From the IMG/VR virus record IMGVR_UViG_3300029705_000019: a DNA stretch of 64,000 nt. One strand, 5' to 3'. The DNA comes from a virus (lineage: Duplodnaviria; Heunggongvirae; Uroviricota; Caudoviricetes). A program made the translations under genes and the position numbers. This document shows positions 1 through 8,473 of the stretch, piece after piece. The notes beneath the pieces are model-generated. The model saw only the letters and a program-made list of their open reading frames with translations. It was not told where the DNA came from and made no database searches. Position 1 is the stretch's first letter. Every line of letters starts with the position of its first letter.

Positions 1-222
1 TTTACCACTGCTTGTTCTTACAATGAGCATAATTAAGTTACTTGTACTTCATAACCGCTCTTCTACGTTTCTTCAACGCGCAATCTAATGCTTCGTGGCA
101 CCTATTTATTTTTGTAAGTGACGATAAGGTCTCGCCAAGCCACCCATCTTGCTATTTGATTAAGTCACCATACTATGTTGGCTTCTTTTCGCAGTGCCTT
201 AGTTTGTTATGTAATCTGCCTG

Positions 223-302
223 TGGTCGAGATGGTGAGATTCGAACTCACGAGTTCTCCAGTTCCCAAAACTGGCGGGGTAACCTGACTCCCCAACATCT
301 CG
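223..302 (-). tRNA. tRNA-Pro(TGG)
   Basis: The reverse complement folds as a cloverleaf. Acceptor stem CGAGATG pairs with CATCTCG, followed by discriminator A and an encoded CCA. T-arm is GTGAG-TTCGAAT-CTCAC. Anticodon stem is CCAGT/ACTGG with loop TTTGGGA. Confidence 0.6.
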
Positions 303-454
303 AAATTATGTAAGAGGTGACAATAAGCCAAACCTGAGCGATGTTTTATCCTCTTACCGTTCAACATATCCGGAGGTTCAATATGTTGACCTTACTCATA
401 GGTTTTTTGTAATAAGTCGAACTTGAACTTATTACAGGCACTCGTTATTTATAC

Positions 455-489
455 ATATATTATAATATGTTTGTTTTGATTGATCAACT
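455..489 (-). promoter_or_regulatory. consensus sigma70-type promoter (minus strand): -35 TTGATC, 17-bp spacer, -10 TATAAT
   Basis: Plus strand shows ATATATTATAATAT ... GATCAACT. On the minus strand this gives TTGATC-N17-TATAAT. It sits upstream of tRNA-Pro. Confidence 0.6.
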
Positions 490-887
490 TAATCAAGTGT
501 CCATTTGATATCAAACTGTTTCTTGTAGGAACAGTTATTGTAAATGTATCCTTTTTGTTTAAATTCTTGTCTTACAATCTTGTTAGAATATTTTTTATAG
601 TATTTCTTTAGTTTACTATATTTAGGGCGAGTATAATATTCTTGAATGGAATAATCAACTTCTGGTCTACTCCAATAAATATAATAATTCTTACCGGGTT
701 GTTTTTCATCAACCGGCCAACCTCGTTTTTGCCAACTAAATCTATATTGATTTTCTCTTACATATCTAGGGTCGGAATCTTTAGTAATAAAGAATACGAG
801 ATCCCAGTATGTAGTAGAAGTACTAACCATTGATTCAAGTTTTTGCTTGTAACGAAGATTTCGGAAATACTTGTGATGTTTTTTCAT
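489..887 (-). CDS. hypothetical protein (Lys/Tyr-rich)
   Basis: 132-aa ORF on the same strand as all other genes, inside the tRNA cluster. No recognisable motif. Confidence 0.45.
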   Translation of the reverse strand: MKKHHKYFRNLRYKQKLESMVSTSTTYWDLVFFITKDSDPRYVRENQYRFSWQKRGWPVDEKQPGKNYYIYWSRPEVDYSIQEYYTRPKYSKLKKYYKKYSNKIVRQEFKQKGYIYNNCSYKKQFDIKWTLD

Positions 888-953
888 TATTCTATACTCC
901 TTTAAAGTAGTTATAGCATAATGAATACCTCCTATTTTTAAGTACTGCGTGAA

Positions 954-1048
954 TGGCGACGGAGGAGGGATTCGAACCCCCGGGTCGGATCAAGGCCGAC
1001 ACAGCAGATTTCAAGTCTGCGCCCTTATGACCTCTTGGGCACTCCGCC
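954..1048 (-). tRNA. tRNA-Ser(TGA), type II
   Basis: Acceptor GGCGGAG pairs with CTCCGTC (one G-T), then G and an encoded CCA. T-arm is GGGGG-TTCGAAT-CCCTC. Anticodon stem is GCAGA/TCTGC with loop CTTGAAA. A long variable arm is present. Confidence 0.6.
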
Positions 1049-1218
1049 GTAATGTAGCTTATCGTACTACTTGTATCTAACATGAGCTCAATGTTTCTAC
1101 TTACGCTAAGTTTTGGATTGCTTAGAACCGCTGTTTTTAATTCTTAAAACAACTTAAACACAATACCAACCTTCATGTGTCCTCTTCGGATTTAATGTCG
1201 CGGTATCTGTACGACAGC

Positions 1219-1310
1219 TGGCGGAGGAGGACAGATTTGAACTGTCGGACCGAATTAAGTCGATCGGCACCTTAGCAGGGTGCTGGTTTAAACCTCTCAC
1301 CCACTCCTCC
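1219..1310 (-). tRNA. tRNA-Ser(GCT), type II
   Basis: Acceptor GGAGGAG pairs with CTCCTCC, then G and CCA. T-arm is GACAG-TTCAAAT-CTGTC. Anticodon stem is GCACC/GGTGC with loop CTGCTAA. About 92 nt with a long variable arm. Confidence 0.6.
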
Positions 1311-1783
1311 AAATTATCAGGCTTTCCACCTGATCGGGGGTTTGGACGGGCCCTTGTTCGCCGCCTGAACTTTTTACAGGGTCTTTACGTCTCTCTATCA
1401 ATGATCAAGAAATGACTGTCTATCCCAACCTTACGGATTTGGTACCACCCACTATTGTTATGATGTCTTAACCACAGGGGCATTCGCTGAGCGTTATCTT
1501 CTCAGTACTTAACTATTTTACTAGTTAGTATCCTTTACATCGGGCATCATAACTCACTTAGATATAACTATGAATGACAATCTTTAACAAGTCCACTGTG
1601 TCATTTTCAGTTTTCTTGTGATCATAATTTATCTGTTAGCACTAACGTAGCTTTCACACTACTTTTACCTTACAAGCCAGTTCAAAAGTAGTAAACGATA
1701 GGGAGTTTACTCACGGTTATCTCGCCGTCGCTGCTGTGGCACTGTCTTAGTCGCGCAATTATATCCTGTAACTGGGAAGCCAC

Positions 1784-1866
1784 TGGTTGTGAAGGTTGGA
1801 CTTAAACCAACTTATAACTTGCTACTACTTCGGGATCTTGTTTACCGCATGATTTGCTTCAGGAAG
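1784..1866 (-). tRNA. tRNA-like element (3' domain canonical, 5' half not resolved)
   Basis: T-arm is GTTGG-TTTAAGT-CCAAC, followed by CTTCACA-A-CCA. No clean complementary 5' acceptor strand was found within 90 nt. Confidence 0.3.
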
Positions 1867-2015
1867 CACTTTCATATTCTACTCGAGTTACCTTTTGAGT
1901 TACTTCCAACGTTGTCAACATGTTATGTTCATGTCCGTCTCGATGCTTCGACCATCTTCACGATAATAGTAATACATACAATAAAAGTCTTAAATGTATA
2001 CCGTACTAATTATAA

Positions 2016-2153
2016 TGGTGCGGCTAGTGGGACTCGAACCCACACGCTGTCTCCAGCAGGGGATTTTTGGTGCTAGAGGGAAGTGCTGACCTTCCACGAT
2101 AGTCACTGGACCTCTAACAAGTCCCCTGTGTCTGCCAATTCCACCATAGCCGC
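2016..2153 (-). tRNA. tRNA-like gene with a ~60-nt insertion (138 nt between perfectly complementary acceptor strands)
   Basis: 3' end is GTGGG-TTCGAGT-CCCAC TAGCCGC-A-CCA. The exact complement GCGGCTA lies 138 nt away. The interior holds a GGGGA...TCCCC stem around a ~57-nt insert, and a GGAAG-GTCAGCA-CTTCC hairpin. Confidence 0.35.
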
Positions 2154-2221
2154 ATATTTACTTATAAGTTTGCCAGTTCCGCCACTGGGGCATAATAAAA
2201 TTTTTAATCGTCTTCTACATC

Positions 2222-2255
2222 AATATTATAATATACATTATGTAAATAATCAACT
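2222..2255 (-). promoter_or_regulatory. consensus sigma70-type promoter (-35 TTGATT, N17, -10 TATAAT)
   Basis: Same bipartite motif as elsewhere: plus-strand AATATTATAATAT, then 17 nt, then AATCAACT. It lies upstream of the tRNA-like gene at 2016-2153. Confidence 0.55.
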
Positions 2256-2457
2256 AAAAACATTAAGCTGTTCATCTCACTCCATTTACCACAGCTTCTA
2301 TAATCCAAGACTTCCTACATTTCCGGAATTTTACCGGCTCTCCACCCCCTCTGGGTGGTGCGTCATATAAAATATCAGCAGCTACCTGATATTTTATACA
2401 TCAGTTTCGCTTATGGCTTCTCTTAGCTTCGTGGCACTTAATGATTTAGTTTTAAGT

Positions 2458-2536
2458 GTGAACAACAGGACTCGAACCTGTAACCTTACCCAGCCAACGC
2501 TTAGAGTATATTGCTTCCACTTGCAACTTTGCTCAC
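2458..2536 (-). tRNA. tRNA-like gene (no encoded CCA; anticodon arm not resolved)
   Basis: T-arm is ACAGG-TTCGAGT-CCTGT. Acceptor GTGAGCA pairs with TGTTCAC (one G-T). D-stem is TTGC/GCAA. I could not fold a canonical anticodon arm. Confidence 0.35.
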
Positions 2537-2628
2537 ATATGAATATCTGTCTCTCCAGATTGTCACGTTGCTTCAACAGGTAAAATAAATATTACTTATT
2601 CGTTCATGTAGTCTAAATAAGCTCCACA

Positions 2629-2705
2629 AGTCTCACATCCGAATCGAACGGACCGTTAACTACACCACACTCACCGCTAAGGATTACTTGTGATTTTGAA
2701 TATTT
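2629..2705 (-). tRNA. possible tRNA-like element (T-arm only)
   Basis: GTCCG-TTCGATT-CGGAT T-arm-like hairpin followed by GTGAGAC. No CCA and no clear 5' acceptor partner. Confidence 0.2.
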
Positions 2706-2836
2706 ATTTCTGGTACTCAAGACAAGCCTCGCACTTGTATCTTTCGGATTATTGTCCGCTGCCCTAACCTACCGGAGCTTTGAAGTTAAGTTTATACCAT
2801 TCATAACTTCACAACCTTTTGAGCGACTTGAGTATG

Positions 2837-2913
2837 TGGTACACCCCCAAAGAGTCGAACTTTGTGTACGCGCTTATAAGGCGCGCCCTCAATAACCGTC
2901 GAGGACAAGGTGC
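2837..2913 (-). tRNA. tRNA with anticodon TAT (Ile-AUA-reading or unusual), type I
   Basis: Acceptor GCACCTT pairs with GGGGTGT (three G-T), then A and an encoded CCA. T-arm is CAAAG-TTCGACT-CTTTG. D-stem is CCTC/GAGG. Anticodon stem is CGCGC/GCGCG with loop CTTATAA. Confidence 0.5.
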
Positions 2914-3067
2914 TTATTTAAAGTTGAACTAAAGGTCTCTCACCTTTAGGAGCAAGGGTTGGATTCGTGTGTGCACCCACTTCCAACGGTCAATAACCCT
3001 TTGTGACCAGCATTTAATTCGTTTACCTTGCTTTTTCATATCCTGTACTTTTAAGAGATTTTCTTTT

Positions 3068-3150
3068 TGGTCATCCTCATCCGATTCGAACGGATCCGTC
3101 GGCTAATGCGCCGGCCATGCTACCTACTTACACCATCGTTGGACTAATCT
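3068..3150 (-). tRNA. tRNA-like element (canonical T-arm + acceptor 3' strand + CCA; 5' half unresolved)
   Basis: ATCCG-TTCGAAT-CGGAT then GAGGATG-A-CCA. No complementary 5' strand was found within 95 nt. Confidence 0.3.
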
Positions 3151-3626
3151 CTGCCACTCTCAATTCAACCATTGTACAGATGGCTAATCAAACAAGCTGT
3201 TCCTCAAATTCCATTTACTACTACATCGCAGTTTTCAAATAGTGTTACTTAAATGCCTGTACTGCATTAGTCCTTGCCTCACACCATCAATTTTAGTAGC
3301 ACTTGTTTGTTTCATTGAGTTTGTACATTGTGGCATACTCGATATGGATCTTTACTCACTATTCAACTTTTAATGATTTTCTTTCATTTATAACACATAT
3401 AACAAGTAGTAGCGCAAGAAACCTTATCTACTTTTTAGCGCTGATAAACTTATTGTTTATTCACGGGCGCGACTTCATATCCCTGTTGATGCAACTTATT
3501 AGTTATGTGTTGTTTTATAATAACAAAGAAGCTCAGCTGAGTAACATATTAGACTCTATATACATCTACTAGAATCAATCTCTAGCGACCTTATATAGTA
3601 CATCTTTATGTCCTTCTTTATTATAC

Positions 3627-3662
3627 ATATATTATAATATGTCTCGGTTGATTAATCAACTA
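3627..3662 (-). promoter_or_regulatory. consensus sigma70-type promoter (-35 TTGATT, N17, -10 TATAAT)
   Basis: Plus-strand ATACATATATTATAATAT, then 17 nt, then AATCAACT. Confidence 0.55.
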
Positions 3663-3675
3663 AAAATCAAACATG

Positions 3676-3861
3676 TTAGTCAATCTTTGTTAAACAATTC
3701 GCTGTAAACTCTCTGGCTATAGCTTGAAACTCAACGGGTTCACACATATACCAGATTGTACCAGATTCATCAGGGCCCATATCAATAATCTTTGCTTTGA
3801 TGGGTTCCAAATCTTTACAACCCTGTACCATAACAATATCACCAATCTTGAACATGATCAA
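3676..3861 (-). CDS. hypothetical small protein
   Basis: 61-aa ORF with GGAGG about 8 nt upstream of the ATG and its own consensus promoter. A GTTGATCA motif overlaps the start codon. Confidence 0.45.
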   Translation of the reverse strand: MIMFKIGDIVMVQGCKDLEPIKAKIIDMGPDESGTIWYMCEPVEFQAIAREFTANCLTKID

Positions 3862-3885
3862 CTACCTCCATCGTTTATTACATTT

Positions 3886-3918
3886 ATATTATAATATAAA
3901 ATAGAGGATTGTTCAACT
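3886..3918 (-). promoter_or_regulatory. consensus sigma70-type promoter (-35 TTGAAC, N17, -10 TATAAT)
   Basis: Plus-strand TTATATTATAATAT, then 17 nt, then GTTCAACT. Directly upstream of ORF 3676-3861. Confidence 0.55.
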
Positions 3919-3994
3919 TAATCTAATAGAAGATCATTTTTTAATTCTATTTCATCGAAGATTTTATGCAAAATACAGTACATTGTAAAGTTTA

Positions 3995-4072
3995 TTGGTG
4001 CTCGTAGCGAGATTCGAACTCGCAAAATCATGATTTTGAGTCATGCACATATGCCAATTCTGTTACACGAGC
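3995..4072 (-). tRNA. tRNA, anticodon loop CTCAAAA (anticodon CAA as read; type I length)
   Basis: Acceptor GCTCGTG pairs with TACGAGC (one G-T), then A and CCA. T-arm is GCGAG-TTCGAAT-CTCGC. Anticodon stem is CATGA/TCATG. Confidence 0.5.
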
Positions 4073-4407
4073 GGATCCTCATATCTTAACGACTACTTGA
4101 GCCTTTACTCAACAGATATGAAAAACGGGTTACGGATACTAGATATTCCTTCCAGAGTTTACTATCAACTTTTCTTTGTTGGCACAACCTGCTCGTTATA
4201 CTTGCAACTATAACTATTTTCAAATCAATTAACAATACATATGCTGGCTTGCAGCAGAGGATAGAATTTAACTACCTTAATTGATTCCATTTGTACTTGC
4301 TCACCGTATACGAATTAGAGCTGTCTGAGCGAGTTTTATACGAGTTTTCTTTCTCAAAGTATACTAACCGAAATATGCTTCATTGAAAGCAGCTTGCATA
4401 AATTTGT

Positions 4408-4617
4408 TCATTTCTTACCAGCTGTTCTTATAAGTGCTTCCATGTAATTTGCATAAGCACGTTTTTCGATAGATCTATAAGCATCTGCACTAGAACGATC
4501 TTTGAATCGTTCAGCACGATCGGCAGCCTGAAAATAGGATCTTTTTAAGTTGTTAAGATTAGCACGTTCTCCAATCGACATCTTATTCGGATCATTTGCC
4601 ATAATAAGTTCCTCCAT
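4408..4617 (-). CDS. hypothetical protein
   Basis: 69-aa ORF with GGAGG upstream of the ATG, downstream of promoter 4635-4668. Confidence 0.45.
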   Translation of the reverse strand: MEELIMANDPNKMSIGERANLNNLKRSYFQAADRAERFKDRSSADAYRSIEKRAYANYMEALIRTAGKK

Positions 4618-4634
4618 TAGTTATCTTTACATGA

Positions 4635-4668
4635 ATTATTATATATTAAATTGATGTAATAATCAACT
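4635..4668 (-). promoter_or_regulatory. sigma70-type promoter (-35 TTGATT, N18, -10 TATAAT)
   Basis: Plus-strand ATTATATATTAAA ... AATCAACT. Confidence 0.5.
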
Positions 4669-4717
4669 AGTTTCAATGTTCATTATTTCTGTTAACTACT
4701 CTACGCCTAGACACTAT

Positions 4718-4791
4718 GTTTAATGAATGGATTCGAACCATTGACCTCGTCCTTAACTGGGACGTGCTCTGTCCTACTGAGCTACATTGTT
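4718..4791 (-). tRNA. tRNA-like gene, anticodon GTT (Asn) with A33 and a poor acceptor stem; possibly degenerate
   Basis: D-arm is TAGCTCAGTAGGACAGAGC. Anticodon stem is CGTCC/GGACG with loop CAGTTAA. T-arm is AATGG-TTCGAAT-CCATT. The acceptor strands have 2 mismatches and no CCA. Confidence 0.4.
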
Positions 4792-5602
4792 AGTTGGTCT
4801 GCGTAGCCACACCTCATCCTAACCCTTGACTTACTCTTGAAAAATTAATGCCATAAGTAAGTACCTTAAGCGCGAATTGTTTTACAGTCTTAATTTCAGC
4901 TATCTGTTCGAGGGTCTTTGACATTCACTCATATTCGTATGAGCTCGCCTCATTAACATTATAAATGAACATTGATTTTGCTGCGAATTAATGAGTGTGT
5001 AGTGAGGTCTGAGACATATCCTACATTCAACTATCATGAATGCCTTCACACTAATTAACCGAAATTTTTATATTACTCAGAACGCAATATAACTGTATGA
5101 TAGTTCATGAAGCATTAACGTAGCTCTACAGTTTTACGCAATCAAGATATCTGATAAGTATCAGTACCATTAACAGATATATCATTTCACCGTTAATAGA
5201 GTAAGTGAGCCCTTATCTTGATTGAGAATCATAAAAGGCCTTCAGCACTGCACAGCAGCCTTCGCGAAAGTTAACTAAAGAGGATTTGTTAATTGGAGGG
5301 AATGCACCCCTATGCAGTTTCGCATGTATGATTCTTCAATTGTGAAGCCTGATATAACTCCACAATTAATAATTTAACACAGCAGAGTTAAATTATTAAT
5401 TCAAGAGTTATATATGTAATAATGAGTATAAAACTTGACCCGTAACAAGAAACTTCATCATTATTAAAGTTTTTTATCAAGGAGGAAAAGGAGGTTGCAA
5501 GGTGTCTCTAAACGCAAACTTCCAGACTGTTTTGACCTTGCTGGTATGCCGACCTGCTGCATAAGTTAATTTACACTGCCCCATCAGTGTGCGTTTGTTA
5601 AG

Positions 5603-5695
5603 TGGTCCGGCAGGTGGGGGTCGAACCAACACTATGCCTTGTCAGGGTCTACGGCTTATAAGGCCGTGGCTTGAAACCAGTTAAGCTGCTGCCGG
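5603..5695 (-). tRNA. type II tRNA, anticodon loop CTTATAA (TAT as read)
   Basis: Acceptor CCGGCAG pairs with CTGCCGG, then A and CCA. T-arm is GTTGG-TTCGACC-CCCAC (one mismatch). D-stem is GCTT/AAGC. Anticodon stem is ACGGC/GCCGT. About 20-nt variable arm. Confidence 0.5.
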
Positions 5696-5698
5696 ATA

Positions 5699-6037
5699 TC
5701 ATATTTTGTACAACTCTTTCACTCTAATATTACTATTTACAACTGTGTGTATCTTAATCAATTTTTCTGGTTGTAGATTATAGATTAGTGACTGTTCATA
5801 ATTTTCAAATTCATCAAATGAGTTGAAATAATGAATCTCATCCGCATTACTAACAAATCTATCAACTAGATTATCTTGCACAGTTTGAACACGTATGCCA
5901 TAAACTCCACAATAAAGTTGTGACTCATCAAGTACACGAGCAATATATTTCTTAACGGTAGAAATTCGAGTTGTGTTATTAATCATTGAATGTTTCACCT
6001 CAACGTTTATGATATGTAGTTGCTCTAATTGAAACAT
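5699..6037 (-). CDS. hypothetical protein
   Basis: 112-aa ORF downstream of promoter 6073-6106. Confidence 0.5.
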   Translation of the reverse strand: MFQLEQLHIINVEVKHSMINNTTRISTVKKYIARVLDESQLYCGVYGIRVQTVQDNLVDRFVSNADEIHYFNSFDEFENYEQSLIYNLQPEKLIKIHTVVNSNIRVKELYKI

Positions 6038-6072
6038 CCTTTATGATTAACTATGTGATTTATTTTACGCTA

Positions 6073-6106
6073 ATATTATAAAGCAGAACCTGTTAGTGAT
6101 CAACTT
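6073..6106 (-). promoter_or_regulatory. consensus sigma70-type promoter (-35 TTGATC, N17, -10 TATAAT)
   Basis: Plus-strand TAATATTATAAAG, then 17 nt, then GATCAACT. Confidence 0.55.
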
Positions 6107-6109
6107 GAT

Positions 6110-6325
6110 TTATTCATCTTTTTCAATGTTGTCATTGTTAATTACTTCGCAAATGTCCTCAGGAAAAGATTTGCCAGCGCCATACCAGCACTTTGTATCA
6201 GGTTTATAGAGCCAGTCTTTATTAACAATACAGAAGGGTTCAAATTTTGGATTTTTTGGTGTTATATTCATGTCACCATGAAATGCTTTATATCCTTCAA
6301 CACAAATCATCTTCATAATAAACAC
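6110..6325 (-). CDS. hypothetical protein
   Basis: 71-aa ORF downstream of promoter 6346-6378. Confidence 0.45.
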   Translation of the reverse strand: MFIMKMICVEGYKAFHGDMNITPKNPKFEPFCIVNKDWLYKPDTKCWYGAGKSFPEDICEVINNDNIEKDE

Positions 6326-6345
6326 CTCATTGTTTAATTATGTTA

Positions 6346-6378
6346 ATATTATAAATTATTTATAACATTTAATCAACT
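6346..6378 (-). promoter_or_regulatory. consensus sigma70-type promoter (-35 TTGATT, N17, -10 TATAAT)
   Basis: Plus-strand TTAATATTATAAAT, then 17 nt, then AATCAACT. Confidence 0.55.
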
Positions 6379-6689
6379 ATAAATAATTATTAACAATTAT
6401 TTACAATTGTTATATGTTATAATATATTATATAAATATATTTAACATTTATTATATGAAAATCTAGAAATATTTCAACATAAGTAAGAGTTATACAACAA
6501 AACAGTATTCACCTGAGAATCATTGATTATCAAGTTTGAAAAGTGGTTTGTTTATGTTTCTTATCGATTCTATCTTTCAACTGTTTCTTTGTTGGAGTTT
6601 TTCTTGTGTAATAACCATTCCACATTGGTCTGTTTTTTCGGTTTTCTTTATCAATGTTTTTCTGTAACATGGTAAAAATGGTATCTCCA

Positions 6690-7280
6690 TTACTCAACAT
6701 CAATGATATAATTCCAGAACTCTTCATCAGTCATTTTTCTCACTTTTTGATATTCTTTATCAATCCATTTGTAGGAATAATAAATATCTGCAAAATAATT
6801 TTTTTCATATATTGTAACTTTATAATGTTTGGGCAATTTGATTTTTCCAGTATTAACAGTTATAATTGTGTATCGAATCGAACAATCATTACACAAGTGT
6901 CTTACCCAACCGAAGGTTTCAACTGTTGCTGCATCTCCGCATATACTACAAACATATTTGCTGTAAGCTTCGAATGTGCGAGTCAAATATTCAATTGATT
7001 CAGGGTAGCCCATATTGTAAAGACACATCATACCCCATTTTTCTTTTAGTTGTGAAAAAGAAAAATCATACAAATAATCAGCCTGAACAAGATGAGGTCT
7101 GATATATTTACAATACATTAGAAATAACCTGAACCATCCGTTAGGCAATTCATTGCCACAAATATATGTATAATCATACTCATCTGATGTTTTATTGCTT
7201 GATAGATTTTGTGGTATCAGGTATGGATAAAGAGAAACAAGTTGTTTGTTTTGTTCAGTTGTAAATTGCGTATTAAACAT
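6690..7280 (-). CDS. hypothetical Cys-containing protein (start trimmed to the RBS-supported Met)
   Basis: The ORF-track ORF is 6690-7319. GAGGAG sits 7 nt upstream of the ATG at 7280, which lies 2 nt after the stop of the upstream gene. CxxC pairs occur near the C-terminus. Confidence 0.5.
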   Translation of the reverse strand: MFNTQFTTEQNKQLVSLYPYLIPQNLSSNKTSDEYDYTYICGNELPNGWFRLFLMYCKYIRPHLVQADYLYDFSFSQLKEKWGMMCLYNMGYPESIEYLTRTFEAYSKYVCSICGDAATVETFGWVRHLCNDCSIRYTIITVNTGKIKLPKHYKVTIYEKNYFADIYYSYKWIDKEYQKVRKMTDEEFWNYIIDVE

Positions 7281-7599
7281 CTGATTTCTCCTCAGGAATA
7301 ATACAGACATGAGTTTCAATATTTACACCAAAGCGTTCGCCAACAGGTACCACAATGTAATCAAGTCCCTTTATCGTATCAAGAGAATTTTTCAAGCCTC
7401 TCAAGTACGCCTTAATATTTGAGACGGGAACATTATGATTAAACTCAACTGTTATGAGATTCACAATTTTGCCCTGCTCAATTTTTGAAATTTCTGATTT
7501 GATAGCTTCAGCTAGTTCATTTGGAGATCGCGTACTGTTTACATTCAAAACTTTTATTTCTCTATTCATTATAACCTCATACCTGCAAACCTTGCACAA
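7273..7599 (-). CDS. hypothetical protein
   Basis: 108-aa ORF, translationally coupled to the downstream gene. Confidence 0.5.
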   Translation of the reverse strand: MCKVCRYEVIMNREIKVLNVNSTRSPNELAEAIKSEISKIEQGKIVNLITVEFNHNVPVSNIKAYLRGLKNSLDTIKGLDYIVVPVGERFGVNIETHVCIIPEEKSDV

Positions 7600-7667
7600 C
7601 TAATTGTGCAAGGCGATTATATTTATCTTATAATTTATATATGGACTAAACTTGAGCCTAAATTTGT

Positions 7668-7850
7668 TTAGTTCTTTGTTGTAGTTCTGGAGGAATTATA
7701 CCTGTACAATGCGATAAGCAAATCTTTTGCTTCTGCAAATTGTTTATTTACACCTTCTTGTGTTTTCTCATTGCACATAGTTTTTGCAGCAGCATCAAGA
7801 AGAATGAGCGTTGATCTAAGATCATCATTAGTTACGATTTCTTTTGCCAT
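7668..7850 (-). CDS. hypothetical small protein
   Basis: 60-aa ORF. Confidence 0.35.
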   Translation of the reverse strand: MAKEIVTNDDLRSTLILLDAAAKTMCNEKTQEGVNKQFAEAKDLLIALYRYNSSRTTTKN

Positions 7851-7872
7851 TTGTAAGTTACCTACTTCCTAT

Positions 7873-8421
7873 TTATTTAATTTTAACATCGATTATATTT
7901 GATGGAACTGTTTTTATTTCAACTGTTCTAAGGTATCTAGAATAGGCTGCTGGGCAATACACATCTTTACATACAACATGACCACATTTTGTTGCAGCAT
8001 ATCGTCTTTTACCGTAGTTTGTTTCTTTACAGTATTCATTACATAATGTGATACCAAGTTCTTCTTTTGTGTGAGCTTCTGCAACGATAAAGTTACTCAA
8101 TGACATTTCAGTAACATATGTAATAACATCTTTAATTGTCAACAATGTAACTTCACGTTTACCATTCTTTGTTACAAAATTAAATTCATCGGATGTTAAA
8201 CCACAAGCCTCAAGCTCTTTATCGGTTATATTGCCATCCTTTATCTTTTTAACTTTTGTACAAATCCACTCATTAACAATTCCGCCTCTTTTTTCATCAT
8301 AAGTATACACTTTGAAGGGGCATGTTTTCTTAGGTATATTATTCTTAATAAGAGCTGTAATTTCACCGGACTCAATTTTTGAATTGATATCAGGTCTGAT
8401 GTTCATAATTATTGAATTCAT
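7873..8421 (-). CDS. hypothetical protein, paralog of 8474-9061
   Basis: Shares the motif PFKVYTY[DE]...VNEWIC and a Cys-rich C-terminus with the neighbouring gene. Confidence 0.55.
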   Translation of the reverse strand: MNSIIMNIRPDINSKIESGEITALIKNNIPKKTCPFKVYTYDEKRGGIVNEWICTKVKKIKDGNITDKELEACGLTSDEFNFVTKNGKREVTLLTIKDVITYVTEMSLSNFIVAEAHTKEELGITLCNEYCKETNYGKRRYAATKCGHVVCKDVYCPAAYSRYLRTVEIKTVPSNIIDVKIK

Positions 8422-8473
8422 TTAGTCACCTCAAACTAGTAAACGAAAATAATATACATATTCATACATGAAT

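Noticed and set aside
42-367. ORF-track ORFs 42-287 (+) and 173-367 (-) near the window start
   Set aside because: They overlap tRNA-Pro (223-302) and its flanks. They have no RBS and a composition typical of non-coding tRNA-cluster DNA. Treated as spurious.
1789-2370. Plus-strand ORFs 1789-2076 and 2083-2370
   Set aside because: They are on the opposite strand from every supported gene. They overlap tRNA-like elements and a promoter motif and have low-complexity translations. Likely spurious.
3303-3572. Plus-strand ORF 3303-3572 (89 aa)
   Set aside because: It is on the wrong strand relative to all transcription signals found. It lies in the leader region between promoter 3627-3662 and the tRNA-like element at 3068-3150. 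Hydrophobic low-complexity translation. Not supported.
5480-5580. Plus-strand GGAGG...GTG mini-ORF (about 21 codons) after AAGGAGGAAAAGGAGG at ~5470-5560
   Set aside because: It looks like an RBS plus short ORF, but it is on the plus strand inside a minus-strand tRNA/non-coding island, with no promoter in that orientation. More likely a chance purine-rich run or part of a structured RNA.
4800-5600. Possibility that the large non-coding island is RNase P RNA or tmRNA
   Set aside because: I could not find the conserved RNase P strings (GGAAAGTCCGG / ACAGAAACCCGGCTTA) or a tmRNA tag-reading frame plus TTCGA-CCACCA 3' end in either orientation by eye. Left as unassigned structured non-coding DNA.
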